A stretch of 16,866 bases of DNA from the NCBI GenBank assembly GCA_031367385.1, contig JANLPS010000469.1:1-16866 (forward strand). Reading direction: 5' to 3'. The position numbers and the translations under genes were made by a program. This document shows positions 14,485-16,866 of the stretch, one piece after another. Origin of the DNA: Archangium sp. (GTDB taxonomy: Bacteria; Myxococcota; Myxococcia; Myxococcales; Myxococcaceae). The notes beneath the pieces were generated by a model, which was not told the DNA's origin, searched no databases, and saw nothing but the letters and a program-made list of their open reading frames with translations. Each line of letters begins with the position of its first letter. The first letter of the stretch is position 1.

Positions 14485-16866
14485 TGTGCTTGTTCTCCGG
14501 TCGTACGCTGCAATCGGCCAAGGGCATCGAACTGTTGGGTCGTGAGTCGAACCGATGTGCCAAGCGCGTTCTTCACCTCGATGCGAGTCGGGTTGTTGCG
14601 CGCGTCGTTTGTGAATTCGAGCGTGTTGCCAGCGCCGTCGACGATGGCAGTGACTCGGCCCGCGGCGTCGTATTTCATCGACCGGCTCGATTGATCGGCC
14701 GTTGACATGAGATCGAGAGCCCCCCTCTTGTCGTAGCCGTACTGGGTGCCAAGCGGGTCACTGAGCAATCTCCCCCGCGCGTCGTAGGTGGAGCGCCTGA
14801 CGACTCCGTTTGAATCGACCTCTGAGAGCAGCCGCCCAACGCCGTCATACGCCACATAGGTGGTGACCTCGCCGGTGGCGGTGGTGCGTTTTGCCAAATC
14901 ACCACGGGTGTGGCTCGCGGTGGTGTCGCCGAAATATTCGAAAGTCGTTACGTCAGCGACATCGGTGCGAGGGCCATCTTCGGTCAGCACTTGGCCGGCG
15001 GCGTTATAGGTGTAAGCCCACACCCTTGCCGGTATCCTCGAGTCGATGATTGGGTTGAAGCTGCGTGTGCCGGTGACGTCGGTTGTTGCCCGCTCAACTC
15101 TTCGACAAATGACGGTGAGGGGTGCTGGGCCAGAGAACCGCAGCCTACTCGGGGCACACCAGGTGACGGCGTAGCCCCGGGTCGGGTCTGGCTGCCCGTT
15201 GTAGACGATGTTCGTCATTCGATTCGGCTCTGCGATTCGCGTGACAACCTTGGTCTGCGCACCCAGATTCATGAAGTCTTTGGTGATGCTCCGAGCGCCG
15301 CGCGGCAACACTGCGTTGTACGAAGTTACTGTTGAACACACCGTGCCTGCCGGGAGCCCTTCGACACGGGTTTCGCGCGAGCCATCGGACACGACGCAGG
15401 TACGGTGGCCGTTGAAGTCGTCTTCGCTGGTGACGTTCGCCGCAGAGTCATAGGCGACAGCACTCGTCGAAGCTGAGCAGCCGGCCCCCGCAGGTTGACT
15501 TCGACTCGTCACCAGAGGCTGGCCGAACAAGGTGGTCACTCCGAGCTGGCTCGAGGTGCCGTCAGGGTAGGTGACGACGGGGTTGGTCGGTGCAACCCAG
15601 AAATAGGTACGCGTTATCTTGTCGGAGTCGATGACCTCACTCATCTCGATGTGTGGCGGTGCGTCATACGTCACAGAGAACCGGTTCACACCGCCCGCGT
15701 GCTCGGTCGAGACAGCGCGGCCCGCGCTGTCATAGCCAAAAGTACTCACTCGCACCCTGCGCTCGTCCGTAACCCCAGTGAGCGCCCCAAAAGACCTCAT
15801 GTCTTCGTAATGAAAAGAGCGCCGGCTGCCGTCTGCCCACGTGATGTCGGTGAGCATCGCATTCGAGTTGTACGTCAAGGCGGCCACGACCGTGCCCGAC
15901 CTAAGCGCTCGCGTCAGCAGGCCCCCAGTCGCTGCGGGGCTCCCCGGTGGCAGTTCGTACTCAAAGTCGAGGGCTCTGCCGAATTGGTCTTCGACCCGAA
16001 TCAGGTACCCCGGCGCGGGGGCCTTGAGGGCATCGGTGCTGTAGGTAAACTTCAGAGTTCGCCCGTCAACAAAGTCAATGCGCTTCAGGCCCCCAGACAT
16101 ATCGTCATAGGCCTCAAGGCCGAGATCCTTGCTATCGACGTAGAGGCGTTCTCCATCGACGGGTCCGTACAAGATGTCGGTGACGTCACGGTCATTCGTC
16201 GAAAAAGCATTCGTCGGAAAACTGAATACTGCGCCGTCGCCACGGTAGGCCCGAGCGCTCGATAGCGAGCTGGGGTCTGGCAGCACTTGGTCAAGGCGCC
16301 GATGCAGGTTGCTGAACCACAAGTTCCCAACCGCAGGGGCGCCATTATTGGCCGTCGCGGCGCCATTGGTCGGTACAGCAACCGCATTGCTGTCGTAGGT
16401 GAGAACCCATTCAAGGCCCCCCAATACGAGGCCGGTTGAAACCGACTCACGTTTGGCGCCCACGAGAGGGGAAATGGGGTTGCCGTAACACGTATTTGGG
16501 CGCTTCTTGGTCTTGTCGATGACGACAACCGGGCCGCATTTGCGAAGCGAGCCAGGGGGATTATTCGGCTGCAAGAAAAGTTCGCTCGGAGGCGGGCACC
16601 GACACTCGCCGCCAGAAGCAACCTCGTTGATGTTACAGCTCATGCGGTAGCGGCCGTCGCGTCCGGGGCCCCCACCGAAAAGGCATAAGGTACCGTTGTT
16701 TTTCCCAGGGAGGGCTTCCCAATTGCAGAGGGCTTCGTAGGTGTTGAGGAGTTTGCAAGGGAGTCGGCGATAGCAGTAACTCGTACTGGTGTTATCGAAG
16801 CTGAACTGGTCCAGCTCTTCGGCGCCGCTAAGACCAGTCGCAGTGCTGTACTGGTCACCATTGGTG
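14481..16866 (-). CDS. RHS/YD-repeat protein, N-terminal half (Cys-rich head, DUF6531-like domain, YD repeats); 5' end outside the window
   Basis: GNPISPLVGAK...LTYDS...VGNLW...HRRL...RGDG fits the DUF6531-type RHS N-domain; YD repeats to the end; no RHS core. I translated upstream of ATG 16643 and the frame stays open to the window edge (74 more codons, 4 more Cys). Confidence 0.9.
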   Translation of the reverse strand, partial: TNGDQYSTATGLSGAEELDQFSFDNTSTSYCYRRLPCKLLNTYEALCNWEALPGKNNGTLCLFGGGPGRDGRYRMSCNINEVASGGECRCPPPSELFLQPNNPPGSLRKCGPVVVIDKTKKRPNTCYGNPISPLVGAKRESVSTGLVLGGLEWVLTYDSNAVAVPTNGAATANNGAPAVGNLWFSNLHRRLDQVLPDPSSLSSARAYRGDGAVFSFPTNAFSTNDRDVTDILYGPVDGERLYVDSKDLGLEAYDDMSGGLKRIDFVDGRTLKFTYSTDALKAPAPGYLIRVEDQFGRALDFEYELPPGSPAATGGLLTRALRSGTVVAALTYNSNAMLTDITWADGSRRSFHYEDMRSFGALTGVTDERRVRVSTFGYDSAGRAVSTEHAGGVNRFSVTYDAPPHIEMSEVIDSDKITRTYFWVAPTNPVVTYPDGTSSQLGVTTLFGQPLVTSRSQPAGAGCSASTSAVAYDSAANVTSEDDFNGHRTCVVSDGSRETRVEGLPAGTVCSTVTSYNAVLPRGARSITKDFMNLGAQTKVVTRIAEPNRMTNIVYNGQPDPTRGYAVTWCAPSRLRFSGPAPLTVICRRVERATTDVTGTRSFNPIIDSRIPARVWAYTYNAAGQVLTEDGPRTDVADVTTFEYFGDTTASHTRGDLAKRTTATGEVTTYVAYDGVGRLLSEVDSNGVVRRSTYDARGRLLSDPLGTQYGYDKRGALDLMSTADQSSRSMKYDAAGRVTAIVDGAGNTLEFTNDARNNPTRIEVKNALGTSVRLTTQQFDALGRLQRTTGEQAQ

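Noticed and set aside
14400..14500. RHS pseudogene or frameshift explanation for the A/B break
   Set aside because: Gene B has an RBS, an ATGA-coupled start and a signal-peptide-like leader, and both ORFs are otherwise intact with conserved core motifs.
16640..16861. 73-aa minus-strand ORF whose TGA overlaps ATG 16643 (ATGA), suggesting a separate upstream gene
   Set aside because: The RHS frame is open over the same bases, has higher third-position GC by hand count (about 50/74 versus about 40/74) and continues the Cys-rich pattern; the 73-aa product is S/T/P/A-rich like a shadow frame. Not fully excluded without upstream sequence.

Overview
GC-rich bacterial window, most likely Myxococcota (inferred from a MYXO-CTERM sorting tail and Asp-Ala-Gly linkers). 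Left to right: the 3' end of an unknown gene coupled to a Zn-dependent aryl/benzyl-alcohol-type dehydrogenase (+); a large MYXO-CTERM surface protein (-); a stress block of triple-domain USP, SulP/STAS transporter and DksA/TraR-family protein (+); then six co-oriented minus-strand genes, in transcription order RHS half A (cut by the window end), RHS half B, a 142-aa helical ORF, an Ig + 12-Kelch protein, a small Cys-rich lipoprotein and a repeat-containing hypothetical protein. Two observations stand out. (1) The RHS/YD shell is split into two translationally coupled genes, and the second has its own signal peptide, an intact autoprotease core and an unrecognised Gly/Cys-rich tip. (2) The USP-SulP operon and the dksA-like gene share a promoter layout: GCGCA-N5-TGCGC palindrome(s) about 100 bp upstream of a sigma54-like -24/-12 element next to the ATG, suggesting an NmpR-like low-oxygen regulon. 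I saw no rRNA, tRNA, CRISPR array or IS element. All family assignments are from motif recognition by eye; no searches were run.
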